Assembly: GCF_036971445.1 (NCBI RefSeq)
Contig: NC_091481.1
Span: 11,718,001 to 11,782,000 of the forward strand
Direction: 5' to 3'
Length of the DNA stretch: 64,000 bases
Source of the DNA: Narcine bancroftii
Taxonomy: Eukaryota
Of the stretch, positions 51,300 to 62,444 are shown piece by piece. The position numbers were made by a program, and so were the translations under genes. Each line of letters opens with the position of its first letter. Position 1 is the stretch's first letter. The notes under the pieces are model-generated. The model was not told the origin of the DNA. It was given only the letters and a program-made list of their open reading frames with translations, and did no database searches.

Positions 51300-52790
51300 T
51301 CACTAGAATTTTAAGAACATACAGATGGGAGAAGATTTATGCAATTTGGCTCGATGAGCCATATCAATGCCATTTTCTTACATTACCTTTCACTTCTTTC
51401 GACATCTTTTGACCTCTGTTAAAGAAACTGGGATTCCTGATTCTAGATTCATCAGCAAAGACAAATTCTTCTCCTTGTATCCAGCTGAGCCCAATTAGAA
51501 CCTTGTTAGTTTCAATAAGTTCTTTCATTCTTCTAAATGGGAGAGAATGCAGGTGTAGTCTATTCAGTTAATTACCTTGCAACAAACCTGCCAACCCAGG
51601 AACCAGACCAGCACTCCCACTGTGGTAAGTCTCGCCTTATTTTTTATTTAGATAAGAAGGCTAAAATGGTACATAGTTTTTGTTGCAGGCTCATAAAGGC
51701 TCATCACTTGTTGTAAAGGCAACTTTTGTGTCTGCAGTGGCCATGCCTCAGAAGGCCCAAACTCTTGTGTGGGACCTTATCAAAAGCCTTCTAAAATTCA
51801 GAAACACCATATGCAATGATTTATCCTGTATCCACCTCTTGCCTTTGAGATGGTTTTCCTCTTCCCTGCCCCCCCCCACCCACCATTTTGTTATGGCACC
51901 TGCCATCATACCTTAATGAAGGGCTGAAGCTGGCAATGTATCTTTATCTTGGCTACAAAAGTCCACTGTTTGACCTGCTGAGTTTCACCAGCTTTGTTTT
52001 TACTTTAACCACAGTGCCTGCAGACTTTTGTGTTTTACTTCAGGGATTTCTCACCAATTTTGCAAGTCAGATTCTCAAAGAATTCCAATATATTGTCAAA
52101 CCTTATTTTAATTTCTTCTGTCCACACTGGGTCTGCTTAATTTATTTTTCATTTGAAGATGTTTTGTTATTATATTCATTGATGATTCCTGCATTTTTCC
52201 TGCTACTGCATATTTGGCTAACAGGTCACTAGTTCCATGTTTTATCTTTCTTCCCTTCCAGAAATGGCAACTTGCACCTGCCACTCTCTGACCACAAGAA
52301 CATTTTCAGAATCAATAGAATTTTGGAGGATGTTAACCTGTGTTCACCTCTGTGGCCAGCACTTTGCCATGTAAATCATTGAACCCTTAGGATTTATTGG
52401 CTCTTCACCAACTACTTCAGTACTTTTTTTTCCACACATTTGATTTTACCTGTATTTTTCTTCTAAACTTATCTGTGTATTTTCTAAAAATCTGTATACA
52501 TATTGACTGTTTACTAGCAAATTCTATCTTTCCTTTTATTAATCAGCTTTTGTTCCCATCTGCTGATTTCTTAAATGCTTCCACTCATTAGGTTTGATAC
52601 TATTTCTAGCAATTTCATAAGCTTTTTCTTTGCATTTAATGCAAACTTTAATTTCTCCTGTCAGCCATGAATAGATCATTTTTCCATTTGGGCTTTTGTA
52701 CTTTAAAGAAGATTTTTTTCTGCAAAGTATGCATTATTTCTTTAAATGGTGTCCACTGATATATCTGTCCATGTACACTCCAAAGGAACT
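51300..52790 (-). mobile_element. Decayed CR1 pieces with an embedded Penelope-end fragment
   Basis: Minus-strand LNFRRLLIRSHT (D..KAFDKVPH-like) region and CR1 3' similarity. Confidence 0.45.
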
Positions 52791-52882
52791 AGTCCATTGT
52801 CAAAATTAAAACATTCTTAAAATGCTGATAGTATAAAACTGTTTTTAATCTTGGCAAAAAAAAAAATCACCCTTTATTAGCA

Positions 52883-53236
52883 TAGTACAACTCAGATTAT
52901 CCGAAATCCTCATTTATATAAAAATTTTTCGGAGCTGAAATAACCAGGGATGGTGGGCTGCCAGTGGCAGTGGGGACCTTGGGCTCCTGCTCAGGAGTGG
53001 GGCCTTGGTGAGGAGGTTTCAGTGATTGGTGGCAGCCAGCATTTATTTTGGTGAGAATTAAATATTTTAAGACTTAAAAAGCCTTCCCTTGTTGTTTTGT
53101 TGTTTAAACACTGTTATAAGGGATTTGCTGTTGTTGCTGGGCTGATTTCACAAAAATGAGCATTTCTCTGAAAAAAAAAACAGTTTATCCGACGTAGGCC
53201 TGGTCCCGAACATTTTGGGTAATTGAAGTTGTACTG
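52883..53236. mobile_element. Tigger/pogo-like MITE
   Basis: Imperfect TIRs (T)AGTACAACTCAGATTATCCGAA / TTGGGTAATTGAAGTTGTACTG, followed by TA on the right. Confidence 0.65.
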
Positions 53237-53805
53237 TATTTTGAAATGTTAATTATTTTGACCAAAATCCAATATTTTGAACATAATGATAATTGTGTGT
53301 AGATGAACTGCTATTGTGCATTTATTTACAGTTTTTTAAAAATCCAAGATAATTTCTGCTCATCCAAGTCAACATGGCATAGGGGACTCCACCATTTCCA
53401 GGTTTGGAAAGCATTAATGTGGACTGGGTGATTGACCACTGCAGGACAGCGACGTGCAGTTTGGTAATGATAGTCGGAGTGGATGTCTTCCATGGTGAAG
53501 CAGCTTGTCTATGCACATAATTTTTAATCCTTGCATGAAGGAGTGGAGTGTTGCTGGCTGACTTGGAACCGTGAGTGAGCACATGCAGAGAAAAATATAC
53601 TGAGAAATTTGCCTTGTTGTTCTGTCACCTTGAAAGTTGGGAATTATGCCCATTTCTTGCATGAGGACTTTTTCTGATAATTAGCTATTACCAAAATGGA
53701 TTTCAAATTCTCTTTACAGCACAGATTGTTAGATGAGTCCATTTCTCTGCTGCTCTGTTTCTTATTTTGGCAAAAATTTGCTAAGTCAGCTTTTGTGATT
53801 TTGGA

Positions 53806-54045
53806 GGGGTAGCTAGCATAGTGGTTTAGTGCAACACCGTTACAACACCAGCAATCGGGATTGTAAAGAGTTCCTACATTTTCCCAGTGTCTGTGTGGGA
53901 TTTCCCCGCAGTTCCGGTTCCTCCTACCGTTCAAAACTTGTCCAAGGGTGTAGGTCAATTAAGTGTAATTGGCCAGCATGGGCTTCTGTGTTGAAAAGGT
54001 CTGTTACCATGCTGCATGTCAAATTTTAAAAAATTAAAAATTTAA
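53806..54045 (+). mobile_element. HE1-like V-SINE
   Basis: A-box-like tagcatagtggttt, partly deleted head, V-domain and tail. Confidence 0.8.
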
Positions 54046-54689
54046 AGATCAAACAAAATGTTTGATTGTGTTAGGCAGTATCACACCCTTAACTGATAAA
54101 GCAAGCCCTTGTCTGCATTCCCTTTCAGTGTACTATTTTCTGTACTCTTTCAGCCCCCAACCAGTTGTACTCAGGCAGAATCTGAGAAAAATTAAATCAT
54201 GATTGACTTCTGAAAGTATCAGACCAGGCAAGAGAAATGCTCACACTTGTGAATCAATTTTACGGCTGGAAAGTGAAATATTTTGTGCAATTCAAATCAA
54301 GAAATTTAGAAGGGAGAAGTAAGGCACTGATTTTCAGAATTGTTGACAGACCAAAAATCTATGCCTGGAAGCAATTAATGAGGAACCCAATCTATTGACT
54401 TTGGGAATAATGGGGCAACGGTAATAAACATTTGTAGCAGAGTAAAAGGGAGACATTGAAATGGTTGCTTCTGGACATTTTTGTTTAAGAGACATCACAA
54501 CATTATGACATGGTGCCATTTACTCCACAATCATTGATTAGACCTTCCATGCTAAAGTACTTCATTGTGCTTGTTCTTTGCACGATGTGATGAACAATTT
54601 GCATACTTTGCGGAAAAAATACATTTCTTTAAAATACAAGAACCCAAATGGAAACATAATCTGTTTGTGTCTGAAGGAGAAATTAAAAG

Positions 54690-56910
54690 TTTGTGGATAT
54701 AGCAAGGGCAGTGAATAGAGGGGGATAGGTGGATGTTGTACACTTGTATTTCCAGAAGGTGTTAATTATGGGACTGCATAAAAGACTTATCCATGAGATT
54801 CGGATGCATGGAGTTGGAAATAATGCATTAACATGGATAGAGTATTGATTAACCAAAGGAAGGCAGAGAGTGGGGATAAATTGACATTTCTCTGTTTGGC
54901 AATCAGTGATGAGCAGACTGCAGCAGGACTCGGTGCGTGGCCTGTAACTATTCACAACAGATATTAATGATTAGGAGGAGCAAACTAATAGTAGCATACC
55001 CAAGTTTACTGATGGCACTAAACTGAGCAGGAAAGCAAATTGTGCAGAGGATGTAGAGAGACTGTACAGAGATATAAATAGGTTAAGTGAGAGGGCAAGG
55101 GTCTGGCAAATGGAGTTCAATGTTGGTAAATATGAGATTGTCGTCTTAGGAAGAAAAATAGCAGATCAGATTTATTATTTAACTGGTGAGAGATTGCAGA
55201 ATGCTGTTGTGCAGAGGGAGTTGGGACTGCTGGTGCAAGAACCGCAAAATGTTGGTTTGCAGGTGCAACAGGTAATCAATAAGGCAAATAGACTGTTGGT
55301 TTTCATTGCCTGTGGGATTGAGCTTAAGAGCAGAGAGGTTCTGCTGCAAATGTACATGGTTCTATTGAAGCTGCAGCTGGAATACTATATGTACTTCTGG
55401 TCTTTCTTGAAAGTATATGCTGGCTTTGGAGGGAGGTTCACCAGCTTGATTCCAAAGATGAGGAGGTTAATCTATGAAGAGGGTCTAGCCCCTTTCACAC
55501 TTGCAAATGGTCCCAGGAATTAACAGTCAATCAGCCTAAAAGGGTCCAGTGTGGAATGAAAATTGTCTCAATGACGTCATGAGAGGGGTAGACTGCCTCA
55601 GCCCCTAGTGCAATCCCCAGTGTCTGCAGATGCCAGCTTTGCAATCAGGCAAGTGTAGAACAGGCAATTGCATTCTAGGGCAGAAATTACCCAAGTTTTT
55701 GCATGAGTGTGAGTGCAGGAATGTGAAAGAAGAAGAATAAAATGAAGGTATAAACTTTGCAGTGGGAAAGTCACAGTGGGAGAGAGAGAGAGAGGATATA
55801 AATAGTGGACAATTTTCAAACAGCATGGGAAATTTGGTAGCGCCATAGCACACAATTTATAAAGATCGTGGGAGAAAGCGAGGTGGATCTGCCCTCCCAG
55901 AATGCTGTGTGGCAGAGAAACCCTTCCATGAGTGCTCCATGCATGCATACAGCCCGTTTCTGCCGCACGGCATTCTGGGAGGGCAAGTCTGCCATCACTT
56001 CCCCCCCACAGTATTTCTAAATTGTGCGCGATAACACTACCAACTTTCCCACACTGTATAAATAATATTTGATAGTGCTACCAATTTTCCCACGCTATTT
56101 AAATTGTGCATGATAGCGCTATCAACTTTTCCACGCTGTTTAAAAATTGTCCGTTATTGCTATTTATTGCCAGCACTTTCCCATGGTCCCTTATAAAGGT
56201 TTATATAGTTTGGCTGAACAACAGCAGGGGCTGAAGGGCTCATACTGTGCTGTACATAAAGCTTAATTATGTTATAATTAACTTTGTTCAAATATAAGAT
56301 CATAATACATTGATCAGGATTTAGCGCAGATCCACCATCGCTCAGGACGTCATGGCACCACCGGTAGAAGGTAGAACAATGTTAACCTTGGGGATGGCTC
56401 CTTGCAAGTATGAACACATGCAGTATCCCAGTTAAGAGTGGTCAAGTGTGAACAGCAAAAATGCCATTCCTATCCCAGGACACTGAATGGCCGATTTAGT
56501 GGGACGCAAGTATAAAAAGGGTTATTTCTTCGCCTGAACCATACTTGCTGAAATTCAGAAAAGGGATCGTAGAAACATAAAATCATGAAAAGGATAGATA
56601 AGAGGCAGAACATTTATTTCCCTTGGTAGATGAGGCTGGAACTAAGGAACATCGACTCAAAATTTGGGGGATTTGATTTAGCGTGGAGGGGCTGCGTTTC
56701 CCAGAGAGAAGTATATCTGTGGAAGCAACAGGTGCTCCTCATTAAAAATACTGAAGCTATTGTTAGATTTTTGCATGGTAGGAGAATTAAGGGTGATGGG
56801 GAAAAGGCAGATAGTTGGAGCTCTGTCCATGACTAGATTAACCAATTATCTTCTCAAATGGTGGAGCAGACTCCACAGAGCACATGGCCTACTCCCTCTC
56901 CAATTTCTTA
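54690..56910 (+). mobile_element. CR1 (HER1-like) LINE split by the Harbinger-like insert 55487-56523
   Basis: Peptides VDVVHLYFQK, PKFTDGTKL, WQMEFNVGKYE, QVQQVINKANRLL, LQLEYYMYFWS; 3'UTR ends near cctactccctctcc. Confidence 0.85.
55487..56523. mobile_element. Non-autonomous PIF/Harbinger-like element nested in a CR1 LINE
   Basis: Left TIR AGCCCCTTTCACACTT, right end AAGTATAAAAAGGGTT (12/16 match). CR1 sequence stops at ...ctatgaagagggtct and resumes after 56523. Confidence 0.65.
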
Positions 56911-58079
56911 TGAATTTTCCCTATCTCTCTTTAAAAGCCTCCCACTTTCCAAATGCTCCTTTAGTGGCAAACAGCCGCTCCCAATCAATCTCTGCTAGTT
57001 CCTGTCGAATGCATTAAAATTGCCTTCCCCCAATTTAGTACTTTAACTTGTCAACTCGTCCCCTTTTTACCTTCATAATTTAAAAACTAATGGATTTATG
57101 GTCACTGGCTCCAAAGTGCTCTTCTACTGACACTTCAGTCATTTGCCCTAGGTCATTTCCTGAGAACAGGTCCAGTGTTGCATCTTCTCTTGTCAGGCCA
57201 CAAACATTTGTTGGAGAAAATTCTCTTGTATTCATTTAATAATTTCCACCCACTTCAAGACCTTTACCCTGAGAGAATCCCAGCCAATATGAGGCCGCCG
57301 AAATCACTTGCTGTTACATCCTTGTTATTCCTGCAGCTAACTTGATTGCCCGTTGTACATTTGCGTCCTTAAACTTAATAAATTTCCCCTCCTTATTACA
57401 TTTAATATAGTTTTTATGAGCAACAGGCCGAAGATTTTAAAATTTTCAAAATTTACCTGCATGGTTTGATATCTATCAAAATGGGAAATTCATTATTTTG
57501 AAGCAAATGTATAGTAGACTATTTAAAAAAAAAAAATGTTAAAATATAAAAGCTATTAGTCAGTAGAAGGTTGACATTAAATGGGAGATGGAGGTGTGAA
57601 GTGGGCTAATAATAGATTACACCTGTGGGCGATGTACTGCTTTTAGTTATTGATTCAACCTTCCCTTGGTCGTATCCCATATGTCATCTTCATGCATTCT
57701 GTTAAAACCACAAGCTTAAAAATTAAATGAAGTTAATTAAGCAAAGAAGTAGAATGAACGAATATGATGGTGCACAGCATTCCTTTGCGTAATGGCCTCC
57801 ACACAGCTGCAGGCTGTGCAAGTTCTAATTACTCTCGTGTGTTAAATTTTAAATATTAATTTGTTTTCAAGTCAACATTCAAACGATACGTTTCAGGAAA
57901 TAAATTCTTATTGCTAAAGAGGCAAATGGCACATTGCTGCTGTGTTTGTTAAGTGCAGGCAAAGAAACACTGCCTCTGACACTGTGATTCAACTTGTCAG
58001 AGAGCACCTTTAAATGTATGATCAGGCTTCCACCCTCAATGTGAAAGGATCCCTTTGAAACTTGAGGATTGATAATGTA

Positions 58080-58520
58080 TGATTGAACTGCATCTGGAAT
58101 ACCATACACAATATTGGTTTTATTTAAGGAAGCAATTCAAAGAACATTTAAAAGACACATACCTGGAGAGGATGGCTTGCCTTGTGAGGTTGGACAGGCT
58201 AGGCCTGTTTCTACTGGAGTTTATTGAAGCATACATGATCCTGAGGGTGTATGTAAAGATGATGTTTCTCTTTGAGAGAATCAAAAACTGGAGGTCACTG
58301 TTTAAGAGTTATCTATTTAAAATAGATGAGGTGCCATTCCCCCCCCCCCCCCCCCCAAGGGTTGGTACTCTTTGGATGATGGAGACAGAATTTTAAGGTA
58401 GAGACTAATTCTTGACAATCAAAAGGATTCAAGGTAAGTGGGAGCGACAGCAATGCAGAATTGAAGTTAAAAATCAGATGATTTGTGTGGCCTTTTATTT
58501 CCCATTTTATATGTTCATAA
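58080..58520 (+). mobile_element. CR1 LINE 3' fragment
   Basis: Peptides LHLEYHTQYWFYLRK and RLDRLGLFLLE. Confidence 0.65.
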
Positions 58521-58869
58521 GAGGCTGAATGAAACTTTCTATATTCTGATTACCTTTGTCTTTTAGTTATTGTGGTACATACCCTTTCTTTTAAATAAAT
58601 AAGGCATTTTAACATTTAAATGGTGTTCTTTGCTTTGACCTGATTTAGGGGAACAACATTTTATCCACAGCCCATTCTGCTTCAACATTAATCTTGGTCA
58701 CTTAATGTTGTTCCTTAGTAAATTTTGAAATTTTAAAATTTTTTAACTACCTTGGAGAATGGTGATCGGTGAAATTGAAAATACCATGCATTTCTTTGAA
58801 TTAAAGTTGACAGAAAGACTTGCGCTTTGTCTGTAATTATATTAAAATGATCCATTTTGGTTTTTAACT

Positions 58870-59407
58870 TAATGGCTTGGCTTCGCGAATGATTTAAGAA
58901 GGATCATGGACATGTTTTTCGAGCCTGCATAATGGATTTTTTAGGTGGAGTGCAGTGTGTGCGGTACTGGCCCCTATCTTTGCACCTGGGGTTTATCTGC
59001 CACAGCCTAGCATGTTAGGACAGTGACAGCCAGGTCCTTGGGTTGTCCTTCTAGATGGATGGCCTGACAAGACTAACGAACTCCTTTTGCCCGGGTTTGA
59101 AATCAGGGTTTTCCTTCTCTTCGACTGGCTGCCAACCAAGGCTAATGTGCCCAGCCTACCCATCCAGTTATACTGCTGGACATGCGGTCATTCCATGACA
59201 TAGCAAACCCAGTGAAAACTGGGACACCAATGTGAAGGTGTTGCTACAGGCACAGTACTGTAGGAGAGACCATTTGCAGTGACCTGCCTGGCAAGCCAGA
59301 CGGTGGCCACACGGTGATCACCAAGAAAAGAGAGCTGATCTATGACACACACACTTTCCCTGGGTGCGCAGGACACCAGGCCCAGATTTCATCTCACCCC
59401 CTCATGA
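58870..59407 (-). mobile_element. Non-autonomous bipartite RTE derivative (putative 5'UTR fused to the RTE 3' tail)
   Basis: Minus-strand 3' end aaatcattcgcgaagccaagcca matches the RTE tail. Contains the RTE 5'UTR-type motif ggcagccagtcgaagagaaggaaaaccctgatttcaaacc. No RT sequence; 9-bp TSD TTTTTAACT (58861-58869, 59408-59416). Confidence 0.75.
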
Positions 59408-61553
59408 TTTTTAACTAGAGTTACTCAAAAGTTCCACTTAAGTTTGGGGAATCAAAGGATTTGAGATAAATATTTAGGAAATTAGTTTGTGGTAGATGCA
59501 TTTCACTGTTGCCTAACTTGTCCTGATTATTCTTACTTAAGCATTCATAAAATTTGGCTGGATTTGCATGAGATCTGCTCTAGCAATAAAATTGAGATCC
59601 ATTTAATTATTACGCGACCATTTATCACTGTCTCCATGTTTCAAAACAAATTGATATGGGTGCAATATTTGAAATTAAGCTGTCTGCTAAGCCTTAAAGG
59701 CCAAATTCATTCATTTATTTCATATCTTTTCTGATTCAAGAATAGAAGCCCTGATACATTTGATACTTTTCATTAAAATGGTACACTTAGGTTTGTGGCA
59801 AGTGTCTTGGAAAGCTTGGCTTGTGAATAAAATAATTTCATTTCGAAGGTATTGACTCAGGCTGAGATTCATAAGTCCTGGTGAACATTATTTTTATTCC
59901 TAGGAAAGTGAGCATTCCTGGTATATGAACTTGTGTTGTGAATGAGATGACTGCAAAGGAAGACGTCAAAGTGTAATTTTAAAATTGCCTGTAGCAATCT
60001 ATATTGTAATCAAATGCTGTAATGCATTTTGTTTTTCTGTCAGGATGAATAAAGATGGGAAGACATGCTTTATAATTTGTAGTTAATATGAGCGCAGTGA
60101 CATAGAGGTTCAAAATGTTAAAACTATTGTGCAACAATGTGAAATAGAAGTTTGCTTGGGTAAAATGAAACATTGACCTGATCACAGCCACTCAGAATCT
60201 GAGTCCCTGAACCAGACTCCTGTTTGTTTTTCATCAAATTCAACCCTGAGGCATTTTCAGAATATAATGCATTGACACTGATTTTTTTTAAAAGTTGGAT
60301 TTGAAGTACACAGAGATAAAAGGCATGAGAAGCCAGATAAAGGTTCACTTCAAGTAGCAACCTTACCCCGTTGTAGACTGATATCACAGACTGATAGTGA
60401 GCCATTGCAGAGGAAATCGCTGCCTGATGCTGTCCATTCATTTTTTGCAATCATAATAACATGTAGTGAATATGATACTGGAAAATAATTGACCTAATAG
60501 GGCTTACGTCGACAAAGTAGCCTGTAATCTGAATCCCTTACAAAACTAAAATTATTGAGCAGTTTGAAAATGAACTGCTTCGGTTTCTGAGTATCATATC
60601 TTGAATTTGATTTTTATTTCTTCTCACTGGTTTGTTTGATATTTTGTGTTAATCAGAAGCTGGTTAACTTTGTCTGTATTTTATTTAAGGTCGTTAACTT
60701 TGACCAGTAACTTCCTCTTGCCTGTCTTTCTTCTTCCCGCCAATGTCCCCTTAAGTGATTTGGTAGAACTATTTTTTAAGCCAGGCTTTCATATCGTTGC
60801 TTGTGTACCAGTCACACATCTAACACTGTCATTATTGAAATTGTAGAATCACTGTCTTTTTGAAATACAAATTCTCTTAACAACTAGATGTGTCAGAAAA
60901 AAGAACCTGTTGATTATTTATTTACTGTAGCATTTTGTGATGGGCCACTTGTTCAGTGGATTTGGCATGTAATAAAGCTGCCACACCATGACCTCAGTTA
61001 ACTTGCATTAGTGCTTCTTCTGGCTGTCATGGAACATATTGGAGATCTGAAATACATCAAGTTCTTGTTATCCACAAGGAATAAAGGCACTAAGTTGCGA
61101 TGGGTAAGAAAAATAAATGTGGATACCTCTTAGGCAGTTGGCAATAAGACAAAGGCTGCAAAAATGTAGAGTGACCATCGGCTCCATGGATATGTTTCAG
61201 AACTTCAAAACCAATGTGATTTGCTGATAATTTACTGCACCTTTGCAAGAGGTGATTGACAAGCTCCTGACTTTTCTCATCATCCGCAGATACTGGCATC
61301 TAGTGTTTTACACTGTGGCATAAAACCACTGAGTTGCCAGCACAAGTACACGTGCTCTAAACCCCCAGCTCTACTGTGCATCCAGCAGTACTTGGTATCT
61401 CCTGCTCTGGCTGCACATCCAAATGACACTGACTCCAGCAGCAATGCCAGTCATGTAGTGAATGTACCCAATGTGATGTTGTTACTTTAACATACTAAAA
61501 CACTAGTTATTCAGATTCCTGACCCAGGCTCTGGCTGCATACTGGCTATTAAT

Positions 61554-62444
61554 AGCCCCTTTCACGTTGGAAACCCACTGAATTGGTGTGTGAACAACTC
61601 GTGTTGAAATACCGTTCACACTGAACCATGAAATTCTGGTTCCGTGTGCCCTTTAACATTAAATACCCAGTCTCGTGGAGCTAAGTGTGGGGGGTGGGGT
61701 GGGGGGGATCCAACCTCCAATGTTGACGTTCTGAGTGATGTATTACATACGCGCAGGGGAGTGAAGTCGTAGTGGAACAATTTATGAAAAAGTGTGGGGG
61801 AAAAATGTGCACAATTTAAGAAGACATACGCACAATGTATAAAAGAGCATGAAAAAAACATGCATAATTTAATAAAACATACACATACAATTTATAAAAG
61901 AGCGTGGGAAAATCTACTGCAGTGGGCTTCAGACTGTTCAAACTGAGGACAAACCCACAGACTAGCTCCCTCGCAGTCTAGCCGACCTAGTGTCAAATCT
62001 AGATCCCTGAGCCCACAGCTGTCCCTCACAGTGGCCATTATATGTTTGGAGATTTCCTTCTAGGCCCTTATCAAGAGAAGCTCTTGCATCTCCCAGTCCC
62101 ATCCCCCCCAGATGGCCACCATTATCACAACACTAATACTAAAAGTACACTAACTCTAATACAACACTGATACTAATACCTACACTAAAAACCTTTGAAA
62201 TATAACTACACTAATACTAAAACACCACTAACACTATGTGTCATATCATGTCAATACTGCACTAACACCGACACTAAAAACCTTCAAAAACAGAACACGA
62301 GCCTTAACTCCACTGAAACACTGACCTTCCCTCTAAACAACCGGGCCAGACTGACTGTTTCCCGCCAGGATGACGCACGCATGCAGGCAATGATGTCACT
62401 AATGCTGCCCGGCATAGCGGGTGGCTGCCAGTGTGAAAGGGGCT
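61554..62444. mobile_element. Non-autonomous PIF/Harbinger-like element (MITE)
   Basis: Perfect 12-bp TIRs AGCCCCTTTCAC / GTGAAAGGGGCT with 3-bp TSD AAT; internal ACAATTTATAAAAGAGCGTGGGAAAA-type and ACACTAATACT repeats. Confidence 0.8.
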
